From Candidatus Thioglobus sp. (GTDB taxonomy: Bacteria > Pseudomonadota > Gammaproteobacteria > PS1 > Pseudothioglobaceae), in assembly GCA_028345955.1 (NCBI GenBank), contig JAOMEO010000001.1, forward strand, positions 48,739 to 112,738: 64,000 nucleotides of DNA, read 5' to 3'. Under the pieces are notes generated by a model. The model saw nothing but the letters and a program-made list of their open reading frames with translations, made no database searches and was not told the origin of the DNA. Made by a program: the position numbers and the translations under genes. Positions 52,431-61,081 of this stretch are shown piece by piece. How positions within the stretch are numbered: the first letter of the stretch is position 1; every line of letters starts with the position of its first letter.

Positions 52431-53639
52431 ATGAATATGCCAAGAACAAAACTGATACCAAACGGCGACAATATTGTTCATACGTTTAGCGATACAGAAT
52501 ATAAAAACCGTCAAGCTCGTCTTAGACAGCATATGGCAGCACATAATATTGATGCTGTAATCTTTAGTTCTATCCATGGCATTAATTACTATAGTGACTT
52601 TCTGTATTGTTCATTTGGACGCCCTTACGCACTAGTTGTAACCCATGACAAAGCCACAACTGTAACGGCCAATATTGATGGAGGTCAGCCATGGCGTCGC
52701 ACCTTTGGTGAAAATCTGGTTTATACCGACTGGCAAAAAGACAGTTACTTCTATGCTTTACAGCAACTAATAGAAAACAAAGGAACAATTGGCATTGAAC
52801 ACGACCACATCACTAAGGAACGTCTAGACAAGCTTCAAAGTGCTTTCGATAAAGCTCAACTTGTTGATATTTCGGTTGATTGCATGAAAATGCGCTCAAT
52901 CAAATCAGATGAAGAAATAGCTCACATCATTCAGGGTGCCAATGTCTGTGATATCGGAGGTGCGGCTTTGGTAGAAGCAATCAAGGAGGGAGCTCCAGAA
53001 CACGAAGTGGCACTTCATTCCACTCAAGCTATGGTCAGAGAAATCGCAAAGAGATATCCACACTCTGAACTGATGGATACTTGGACATGGTTTCAGTCTG
53101 GAATTAATACCGACGGTGCACACAATCCTGTTACTACAAGACAAGTTCAAAAAGGTGATATTCTGAGTCTTAACTGTTTTTCTATGATTGCTGGTTATTA
53201 CGTTGCACTTGAAAGAACATTGTTCTACGACCACGTTGATGATGAATCCTTAAAACTATGGGAAATCAATATTAAAGTTCATGAAGAAGGTATGAAATTA
53301 ATTAAGCCTGGTGTTGCATGCAAAGATATCGCACTTGAATTGAATAAAATTTTTGAAGAATATGGTTTACTTGAAAGTCGTACCTTTGGCTATGGTCATT
53401 CTTTTGGAATCCTATCTCACTATTACGGTCGAGAAGCTGGCGTTGAATTAAGAGAGGATATCGATACAGTTCTTCAAAAGAATATGGTAGTCTCAATGGA
53501 ACCGATGATTATGATTCCTGAAGGGCAACCGGGTGCAGGTGGATATCGTGAACATGATATTATGGTAGTAACAGAGGATAGTGCTTATGACATTACCAAA
53601 TTCCCTTACGGACCAAAACACAATATTATCACTAACTAA
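52431..53639 (+). CDS. Creatinase (creatine amidinohydrolase, M24 fold)
   Basis: YYSDFLYCSFGRPY, IDGGQPWRR, DTWTWFQSGINTDGAHNPVT, LERT, GYGHSFG, HYYGREAG, GYREHD, FPYGPKHNII. Confidence 0.95.
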   Translation: MNMPRTKLIPNGDNIVHTFSDTEYKNRQARLRQHMAAHNIDAVIFSSIHGINYYSDFLYCSFGRPYALVVTHDKATTVTANIDGGQPWRRTFGENLVYTDWQKDSYFYALQQLIENKGTIGIEHDHITKERLDKLQSAFDKAQLVDISVDCMKMRSIKSDEEIAHIIQGANVCDIGGAALVEAIKEGAPEHEVALHSTQAMVREIAKRYPHSELMDTWTWFQSGINTDGAHNPVTTRQVQKGDILSLNCFSMIAGYYVALERTLFYDHVDDESLKLWEINIKVHEEGMKLIKPGVACKDIALELNKIFEEYGLLESRTFGYGHSFGILSHYYGREAGVELREDIDTVLQKNMVVSMEPMIMIPEGQPGAGGYREHDIMVVTEDSAYDITKFPYGPKHNIITN

Positions 53640-53654
53640 TAAGCCGAAGCTAGA

Positions 53655-54173
53655 CTAACTTTCGTAAGAGTAAATCTCCACCATCATCTCGTCAGCTATT
53701 AGTTCTAACTTTTCTTTAATAAGACGTTCATCAATAGACATTGGTAAATGCAAATTAATTTGCGCTTTAAAAAGTTGCTCGCTGGACGCCATCGATGCAT
53801 TAATTACTTCGGTCTTTATCCCCTCTACGTTAGCTTGCAGGTCATTAGCTAAGACGTGAGATAACTTATTAATAATGCCGACATGATTTTGACCTATTAA
53901 TTCAATATTGTAGCTCTTAAAATCAGATAGTCTTACTGGGGCAGTTTCTTCACACGCAATTTGTAACCCTAACTTGGATGAGGTTAGCTCTTTCATAAGC
54001 TTTTCAGCATTCTTTGATGGTACGTTAACCCTTAAAATACCAGCAAACTTGGCCTCGACAGTAAACATATTGCTCTCTATCCAGTCACCCTCATTTGAGA
54101 CAATTATCTCTGACAGACTATCCAACAGTCCTGGTTTATCATCACCCAACACACTAATTAAAATTGATTTCAT
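53655..54173 (-). CDS. gcvR: Tandem ACT-domain protein, glycine cleavage regulator GcvR-like
   Basis: GDDKPGL, GDWIESNM, GQNHVGII, LFKAQ; next to gcvH. Confidence 0.8.
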   Translation of the reverse strand: MKSILISVLGDDKPGLLDSLSEIIVSNEGDWIESNMFTVEAKFAGILRVNVPSKNAEKLMKELTSSKLGLQIACEETAPVRLSDFKSYNIELIGQNHVGIINKLSHVLANDLQANVEGIKTEVINASMASSEQLFKAQINLHLPMSIDERLIKEKLELIADEMMVEIYSYES

Positions 54174-54332
54174 AACACCTTGCCCATAAGTCGTATCTAT
54201 ACTTAACCTATATATTGGATAAGTAACTTTTTCTATCGAATAAGAAATTTCAAACCGTAGATGTTACTATTTTAGAGTATGAGAGGAATTAATTGACGAA
54301 TTATCTGAAACTAACAGCTATTTGATTTAAAC

Positions 54333-54703
54333 CTAATCTTCAATAAAAGTTTGATAAGACTTTTCATCCATCAACTCATCCAACTCAGAGGGCTTTGAAA
54401 GCTTAACTTTAATAAACCAACCTTCATCCATTAGGTCGTCTGAAACAAGTTCCGGATCATCTTCCAATCTACTATTTACCTCTACAATCTCTCCAGAAAC
54501 AGGGACAACCAAATCCGAAGCTGATTTAACCGACTCAATGACAGAAATTTTGTCTCCTCGGCTAAATTCATGACCGATCTTTGGTAGCTCAATATAAACT
54601 AAATCGCCCAATTGTTCTTGGGCAAATCAGTTATTCCTATAGTTACTAAATCTTCATCTTGCACTTTAACCCATGCATGATCTTCAGAGTATTTAACGCT
54701 CAT
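54333..54703 (-). pseudogene. gcvH: Glycine cleavage H protein with apparent 1-nt frameshift
   Basis: ATG 54703 with AAGGAG RBS gives MSVKYSEDHAWVKV...IGITD, then frame shifts; downstream frame gives LGDLVYIELP...ESVKSASD (lipoyl-Lys). One extra T in the run at 54624-54626 restores GITDFAQEQLGD. Confidence 0.88.
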
Positions 54704-54749
54704 TACTTCTCCTTATTTTGGTTAACATCTTCATCTTATTGGCAACCAT

Positions 54750-55688
54750 TTAGTAACCTTTAGTAATGTTATAGATAGGGAATGGCATTTCTCCATCCTC
54801 TATACGACGAATATTTTCAGCAATAGTTTTTGCTGAAGATTGCGGATTGCTTTGCCCTGCAATATGAGGAGTAATGTAGACAGATGGATGACTCCAGAGA
54901 GGACTGTTTACAGGTAGAGGCTCTTGTTCAAATACATCCATAGCCGCGGCAGCAATGTGTCCCTCGTCTAGTAGAGATAATAAATCTGTCTCGTTGACAA
55001 TACCCCCTCTGCCCATATTTATAATAAATGCACCCCTAGGCAAACGTTGAAGCTCGTGTTTTCTGAGTATATTATTTGTGCTTTCAGTTAAAGGTAGGAC
55101 ATTTATTAATATATCTGTCTTTTCCAAAAAGTCACCTAACTTCTCGTCTCCAAAAAAGTATTGAATATCACCCAAAGATGATTTGTGATTGGCTCCCCAG
55201 CCCAACACCTTAAAACCTTGATTAACTATTGAATCGCCAATAGCTCTTCCAATATTACCTAAACCCATAATTCCAACCGTTCTATCTTCGGGCTGTATGG
55301 AACCTTGCTGTTGCCACTTTGTGTCCATCTGTTGTTTCATGTACAAAAAGTGATCACTATGAAAATGCAATACCCAATGAAGAGCATGAAAACACATCTC
55401 GTGCGTTAATTTGGGATCAACTAAACGAACAATTGGTAAATCCTCTGGTAAATCGGGATCACTGAGAATATGATCCACGCCTGCCCCTAAAGATAGAATT
55501 GCCTTTAAATTTGGGTATTTCTTTAAAATTCCATGGGGATGCTTCCATGTCGCTACGTACTTAATTTCATTAACATCACCATCATCAGGATGCACTCGAA
55601 CATCCATTTCGGGCAACTCTTCCTGGACCCATTGACGCCAAATTTTTTCATCTTCCCAAAATTCGCTAACCGAAATTAATAATGCCAA
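54750..55688 (-). CDS. ghrA: Glyoxylate/hydroxypyruvate reductase A-like D-2-hydroxyacid dehydrogenase
   Basis: SLGAGVDH, PIVRLVD, GIMGLGNIG, LPLT, INMGRG, DVFEQEPLP, TPHIA. Confidence 0.85.
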   Translation of the reverse strand: MALLISVSEFWEDEKIWRQWVQEELPEMDVRVHPDDGDVNEIKYVATWKHPHGILKKYPNLKAILSLGAGVDHILSDPDLPEDLPIVRLVDPKLTHEMCFHALHWVLHFHSDHFLYMKQQMDTKWQQQGSIQPEDRTVGIMGLGNIGRAIGDSIVNQGFKVLGWGANHKSSLGDIQYFFGDEKLGDFLEKTDILINVLPLTESTNNILRKHELQRLPRGAFIINMGRGGIVNETDLLSLLDEGHIAAAAMDVFEQEPLPVNSPLWSHPSVYITPHIAGQSNPQSSAKTIAENIRRIEDGEMPFPIYNITKGY

Positions 55689-55697
55689 AACTGACTC

Positions 55698-56597
55698 CTA
55701 TTTTTTGTTTCTCAGCTGTTGATTATGTCTTTCTTCAATCAATCGAACAACACTTAAATGAGGCGACTTATCGCCGTACACCTTTGTCGCTTCTTGATAA
55801 GTGTTATAAACTTTTTCCCCAAGCGGCATTGAGATACCAAGATGGTGGCCAAGTTCGACAATCAGTTTCATATCTTTTTCAGCCAGTCCAAGTGCAAACG
55901 ACGTATCGTAGCTACCATCTAATACTTTTGGGATATAGTTTTCAACTACGTAGCTTTGAGAACAACTATTCATCAACACTGAGTGAAGAGTTTTTAAGTC
56001 CAGGTTGGCTTTCGCGCCCATCATTAGAGTCTCTCCAATCCCTTGTGCAGCAAGATAATTTAGATGCAGTTGTACCAACTTGGTGACATAGCCTGATCCA
56101 GAAGGACCCATGCGAATAACCTTACTAGCAAAGACTTTCAATAATGACTCAAACTTTTTCAAAACTTCTTTTTCAATACCAAGAAAGGTGGTTAAAGTTC
56201 CTGCTGCTGCCCGCTCTGCACCGCCACTAACTGGAGCATCAATCAATGTCAAATGATTTGGCGCGTGTTCCTTAATTTTCTCCCACTCAGCTAATTCGTT
56301 TGTAGTGGTTTCAAACCAAATAGCCCCTTCATTTAAATTATTCAAAATACCTTCATTGCCAAATGCCAAGAGATTGACTTCTTTTGAGCTTGGCAGGGAT
56401 GTAAAAAGTACGTCGCACTGTGGACACATCTTTGATGCACTTTCTCCATTTATTGCACCTTTCGCAACGAAGTCAGCTAAAACTGTTTCGTTAATATCGA
56501 GAACAATTAACGTATCATCTGAATCTTTGCAATGCATTAATAAATTATGTGCCATACCAGCACCCATATTTCCTAAACCAATAAATCCTATGTTCAT
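55698..56597 (-). CDS. NAD(P)-dependent beta-hydroxyacid dehydrogenase family protein
   Basis: GFIGLGNMGAGMA, TSLP, DAPVSGG, GYVTKLV, FALGLAEKD. Confidence 0.88.
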   Translation of the reverse strand: MNIGFIGLGNMGAGMAHNLLMHCKDSDDTLIVLDINETVLADFVAKGAINGESASKMCPQCDVLFTSLPSSKEVNLLAFGNEGILNNLNEGAIWFETTTNELAEWEKIKEHAPNHLTLIDAPVSGGAERAAAGTLTTFLGIEKEVLKKFESLLKVFASKVIRMGPSGSGYVTKLVQLHLNYLAAQGIGETLMMGAKANLDLKTLHSVLMNSCSQSYVVENYIPKVLDGSYDTSFALGLAEKDMKLIVELGHHLGISMPLGEKVYNTYQEATKVYGDKSPHLSVVRLIEERHNQQLRNKK

Positions 56598-56623
56598 TTC
56601 CTATCCCCAGTCAGTTAGATTGT

Positions 56624-57361
56624 CTAGACTATTAAACGGTGAGCATACAGGTATTCATATTGTGGCATGACAATATCGTAAATTTCTTTGACCCGATCTG
56701 GCAAATCATTAACTTCAACATAATTGCGTTTTTGCGGCTTTAAACCATCTGAGTTGCGCAAATTGTCATGAAAGATACCACCATCCCACCAGCTGACTTC
56801 ATCGCGCGCACCGGGTTCCCAACTGAGAGCCTCTTCTATAAATGGAATGCCAACGGCATTGCAATAAGCTTTAACAGTGCCATGAGGTTTTTCAAGCAGG
56901 TCATCACTATCAATAACCACTGGCGTTCTACCTGTATTACTCCAAACCATGTCGAACAACTCTCTTTGTTCTAAGAAACCTATTTCTTTTAAAACGAAAT
57001 CAGGAAAATATTTGTATATTGAGCTTATTGTTTTCGCAGGATCTCGGATTAAAAAGCTATGATTAAAATGGGATAGAAACTCGTCACTCCAAAGATGACT
57101 AACATAATGAGGAAAATCTTTACAAAAAACAGATTTTTGAGCGACCGTTTTCTTAAGTTTTGTAAAAACACCCTCCAATGATAATCCTGGTATACGTAAA
57201 CTATTTTTTTGCACTCTTGGCCAAAGCGGATTCTCTCCTTGGTACCAAGCTTCACCAAAAGGTTCGTGAAAACATTCCATATCTCCTCGCTGGCGCATCA
57301 TCCATTCAAATGCAGTTGAAGTAGACCTAGGAGTTGCCCAAAGAACGAGTATTTTGTTCAT
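56624..57361 (-). CDS. Sulfotransferase-like P-loop protein
   Basis: LWATPRSTSTAF (5'-PSB-like loop), HEPF, FLIRDPAKTISS, IDSDDL, YCNAVGIPF; ATG 57361 preferred. Confidence 0.8.
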   Translation of the reverse strand: MNKILVLWATPRSTSTAFEWMMRQRGDMECFHEPFGEAWYQGENPLWPRVQKNSLRIPGLSLEGVFTKLKKTVAQKSVFCKDFPHYVSHLWSDEFLSHFNHSFLIRDPAKTISSIYKYFPDFVLKEIGFLEQRELFDMVWSNTGRTPVVIDSDDLLEKPHGTVKAYCNAVGIPFIEEALSWEPGARDEVSWWDGGIFHDNLRNSDGLKPQKRNYVEVNDLPDRVKEIYDIVMPQYEYLYAHRLIV

Positions 57362-57377
57362 TAGTTGAAATCCATAT

Positions 57378-58205
57378 TTATTTAAGTTTGGAAAGTAAGT
57401 GACCATGTTCACCGGTAGGCTCTATTCCAAGAGTTTTAAATATACGCCAATAGAGAGCAACATCTGATGCAATGACTGGCTTACCGGTTATTTTCTCGAA
57501 ATTCGGAGTATAGAATAGTGCTCTTTGTGGCAATCCATCTAAACGCCGCCAATTAGGCATACCATTAATCACAATAGCATCAGCATCAGGCGCCTGTTCT
57601 GATACGTAAATCATAGATTTTTCCGCTAATTCATTAGGGAAGATCCAAGTTGAATCATTAACCTCTTGTTGTGTTTCATAGAAGCCTTGGTCAACAAAAT
57701 TTCCAACATATGCAACATCAAAACCCGCTTCTCTTAAGAAGCGAGCAATACCATCTCGCCAATCAGGCCAATAATAAACAGAGTTTAAGGCTATTTTTTC
57801 TGCATTTATTTCATGAAGAGCCTCCACTAAACACATGCCAGCCATATGGAAGGGTGTTTCATATTTGTCACTTAGTGTGTTACAGAATTGACGGATTTGA
57901 TCTGGACTAGTTCCATTACAATGCACCCAGTTTGTGCCAACCTGCCCCACTACATCTGCACCACTATTTGACATACAATGAACAAATTCTTCTAAAAGAT
58001 CGAAGTTTTTGGTCCTCTGTGTTAATTCGTGAGCATATCCTGGTACATGCAAAATACGACCGTGCACACCCACTTCTTCCGGCGCTATTCTGAGGAAATC
58101 ACTTGGCGCCGCATCATAATCATAAGGCGGTGAAGTAAAGCCTACTTGATAAGGGAATAATTTATTATCTGGGTTTTTCCATTTTTCTGGTTTCATTGCC
58201 TTCAT
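57378..58205 (-). CDS. Arylmalonate decarboxylase / maleate cis-trans isomerase (Asp/Glu racemase superfamily) homologue
   Basis: GADVVGQVGT, EALHEINAEKIAL, FLREAGFDV, PDADAIVI, EKITGKPVIASDVALYW. Confidence 0.8.
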   Translation of the reverse strand: MKAMKPEKWKNPDNKLFPYQVGFTSPPYDYDAAPSDFLRIAPEEVGVHGRILHVPGYAHELTQRTKNFDLLEEFVHCMSNSGADVVGQVGTNWVHCNGTSPDQIRQFCNTLSDKYETPFHMAGMCLVEALHEINAEKIALNSVYYWPDWRDGIARFLREAGFDVAYVGNFVDQGFYETQQEVNDSTWIFPNELAEKSMIYVSEQAPDADAIVINGMPNWRRLDGLPQRALFYTPNFEKITGKPVIASDVALYWRIFKTLGIEPTGEHGHLLSKLK

Positions 58206-58294
58206 CTCTTGAATCTTTAAAGTGCATGAATAAATTATCTGCCTTGTTAAGCCATATTACGTAGACCAAAAAATCCTATTTTCATGTGTCATCC

Positions 58295-59179
58295 CTAGTC
58301 TGTTAAATTGTCGAGTCGTTCTAAGTCACGCTCGTGATGGATTAGCATTGAGCGCCCATAAAAAGCTTCAGCGTGATGAGGCCTGTTCACCAAGTATGGA
58401 TTAGTAACATACGTTGGTAATGCAATAATTCTTGGTGTATCACCCCGAGTAACAGTTACCCTATGCAAAGAATAACGCCCTTTAAATATTTGCAAATCGC
58501 CCGTCTTCAAACTTAACACTCTTACCTTATCACTTTCCCCTTGTAACACTCTCTTAACATCCTCAAAACGTTCATTGTGTGGTGAACGAATATCTGGTGC
58601 ATACTCAAAGTCACCACCTTCATCAGATTCACTAACGAGAATACTAACTGTAAAGTCATTACCATCAAAGTGCCATGGAAAGTAGTCACCATCATTCATA
58701 ACACTGTAAGGATTTCGACCTAAAGGTTCTGCCCATCGATAAATAGGTCCGACATTCAAGCAGTCTGAAACAAAATGTACTACCACGTCAGAGTCATATA
58801 TTTTTCTCAGAACCGAGTCACTTTCTAATAGATCTGAATTTATAAATGATGACGTTCTTTCTTCAAAAAAACGATTTGGGTGGTCTTTAGGAAGTGATGT
58901 GTCCTCTTTTGTGAGATAAGGGTTTACGAGCGCATGGGCTCTTCTAGCTCCATCCATAATCCGGTATGCTTCATCTTTCATTTCCTTAATCGCTGAGGAA
59001 GAAATAAAATCAGGTATATGCGCGCACCCCCATTTTTTTAAATCTAAACGACAATCTTTAACCAATGCAGCCCTTTTTGGATGGGTTAAATCATGGATAG
59101 GGAATTGCTCTAAATCAAGAAATTCCTCCAAACGAATTTCAGCAGAACTATAGGCTGAAGGAGAAACAATTTCTGACAT
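58295..59179 (-). CDS. Fe(II)/2OG oxygenase, BesD/HalD-like family, hydroxylase-type HxD
   Basis: FPWHFDGNDFTVS, EGGDFEY, GDLQIFKGRYSLHRVT, downstream Arg (PRII). Confidence 0.8.
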   Translation of the reverse strand: MSEIVSPSAYSSAEIRLEEFLDLEQFPIHDLTHPKRAALVKDCRLDLKKWGCAHIPDFISSSAIKEMKDEAYRIMDGARRAHALVNPYLTKEDTSLPKDHPNRFFEERTSSFINSDLLESDSVLRKIYDSDVVVHFVSDCLNVGPIYRWAEPLGRNPYSVMNDGDYFPWHFDGNDFTVSILVSESDEGGDFEYAPDIRSPHNERFEDVKRVLQGESDKVRVLSLKTGDLQIFKGRYSLHRVTVTRGDTPRIIALPTYVTNPYLVNRPHHAEAFYGRSMLIHHERDLERLDNLTD

Positions 59180-59192
59180 AACTCTTCCCTAT

Positions 59193-59930
59193 TTATTTTT
59201 TATAAGATGGATCCAATCGATCGCAACGCCTTAACAATGCTGGCCACTCGTACTTACCTGGAGGAAAAGCTTCATATTGTTCACAGGCTAACTGCCACAT
59301 CTTAGGGCTAGTCTTTACTCTATTTAGAGAACAAGGATCTACTTGCAGAGCGACCTCGCACATGCGAATTAAATAATACATTTTCATAAAGCACTCACCA
59401 GCCGTCTCACCAGCTGTTAAAAAACCATGGTTGCGCATCACTAATAAACCATGCTCGCCCATATTCTTAGCGATACGGTGACGTTCATCCGGGTCAACTG
59501 ATAAGCCCTCCCAGTCATGATATCCAACCTTGCCATAAAGCATGGATGAGTCCTGAATTAAATAAGGTATTTCTTCAAAAACAGTAGCAGCAATCGCACT
59601 TGGCGGGTGTGCATGGAAAACAAATTTATTATTGGGATGGTTTAAGTGGATTGCGCTGTGAATAATAAATCCCGCAGTATTAACGTCTTCAGGCCCTTCA
59701 AGCACATTTCCATCTTCATCAACCTTGATTAAATTTGAAGCGCAAACCTCTTCATAGGCGAGACCAAAACGATGCATATAAAAATGATGATCTGAGCCAG
59801 GTACGCGCGCAGTAATATGATTCCAAATAGTGTCGTCCCAACCGTGCATAGCGGTTAATCGAAACATAGCAGCCAAGTCAATTTTCACTTTTTCTTGTAG
59901 CTGCTTTAAATTTGATGTAGTTTTACTCAT
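59193..59930 (-). CDS. Class II aldolase/adducin family protein
   Basis: DLAAMFRL, NHITARVPG, ASNLIKVD, GFIIHSAIH, HAH, RNHG. Confidence 0.92.
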   Translation of the reverse strand: MSKTTSNLKQLQEKVKIDLAAMFRLTAMHGWDDTIWNHITARVPGSDHHFYMHRFGLAYEEVCASNLIKVDEDGNVLEGPEDVNTAGFIIHSAIHLNHPNNKFVFHAHPPSAIAATVFEEIPYLIQDSSMLYGKVGYHDWEGLSVDPDERHRIAKNMGEHGLLVMRNHGFLTAGETAGECFMKMYYLIRMCEVALQVDPCSLNRVKTSPKMWQLACEQYEAFPPGKYEWPALLRRCDRLDPSYKK

Positions 59931-60001
59931 CTTAACTTATGTTGTTTGAAATTCGAATTATAAACCAGAATTAGCTAGTGACTGTTGATAAAATGAAGTT
60001 G

Positions 60002-61081
60002 ATGAAAATTACCAAGATAGCAACTCGAATTGTAAATTTGTCCTTTGAAAGCACCATAAAAACTGCTATCCATGAAATGTCATCAGTTGGGTGTGTTCTA
60101 CTAACTATTGAAACTGACGAAGGAATAGAGGGACAGAGTTATTTGTTTAGTTTAAACGCTACCCAAATTCATTCTTTTCATGAAACACTTAAAGGCTTTG
60201 AAGGCCATCTGATTGGTAAAGACCCTCAGTTTATCGAAGTTATTTGGCAAGATATTTGGCAAGCAATTAGCTCTATGCGACAAAAGGATATCGCTATTTC
60301 GGCTCTTTCAACAATTGACACTGCGATTTGGGACATTGTTGGCAAAACAGCTAACTTACCTCTTCACCGACTTTTTGGTGCCTGCCGTACAAAAATAAAA
60401 ACTTACGCCAGCGGTGGTTTGTGGCTATCTCAATCAATTGATTCACTACTAAAAGATACACAAAACTTCCTAGACCAAGGTTTTCGTTCTATGAAAATCC
60501 GTGTTGGCAGCACTAACTGGAAGAATGATGTTGAGCGCGTCAAAGAAGTCAGAAACGCTATTGGTCCGGATATTGAACTGATGGCTGATATTAACCAAGC
60601 ACTGGAACCGAAACAGGCGATTCAACTTGGGAAAAAACTCGAAGAGTATGATTTGCTATGGCTAGAAGAGCCGGTAGCATCCAATAACCGTGAAGGTCAC
60701 GCTGAAGTTAGAAACTCATTATCTATTCCAATAGCTTCGGGTGAGAATGAATACAGTCTATCTGGCATGCGTGAAATGATTGAAGCAAAGGCTTGTGATA
60801 TTCTAATGCCTGATTTACAACGTATTGGTGGAATTTCGGAGATGCGTAAAGTTGCAAACTTAGCCGAGTCTCACAATTTACCAATTTCAACTCACATCTT
60901 TACAGAACATAGTTTGAGTGTTGCCGGATCAGTCACTAATTGTCTTTCAGTTGAGCATATGCCGTGGTTTTCTAAGTTGTTCAATGAACAAATTTATGTT
61001 ATCAATGGATATATTGATATACCTGAACGCCCAGGAACAGGCTTTACTTTTAACGAAAGCTACATAAAATTAATAAATTAA
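60002..61081 (+). CDS. Mandelate racemase subgroup enolase-superfamily enzyme
   Basis: IDTAIWDIVGK, YASGG, KIR, MADIN, WLEEP, SGENE, MPD, STH, PERPGTG; start may be 59978, 59993 or 60002. Confidence 0.92.
   Translation: MKITKIATRIVNLSFESTIKTAIHEMSSVGCVLLTIETDEGIEGQSYLFSLNATQIHSFHETLKGFEGHLIGKDPQFIEVIWQDIWQAISSMRQKDIAISALSTIDTAIWDIVGKTANLPLHRLFGACRTKIKTYASGGLWLSQSIDSLLKDTQNFLDQGFRSMKIRVGSTNWKNDVERVKEVRNAIGPDIELMADINQALEPKQAIQLGKKLEEYDLLWLEEPVASNNREGHAEVRNSLSIPIASGENEYSLSGMREMIEAKACDILMPDLQRIGGISEMRKVANLAESHNLPISTHIFTEHSLSVAGSVTNCLSVEHMPWFSKLFNEQIYVINGYIDIPERPGTGFTFNESYIKLIN

Noticed and set aside
58295-59179. Halogenase
   Set aside because: The HxD carboxylate ligand is retained.
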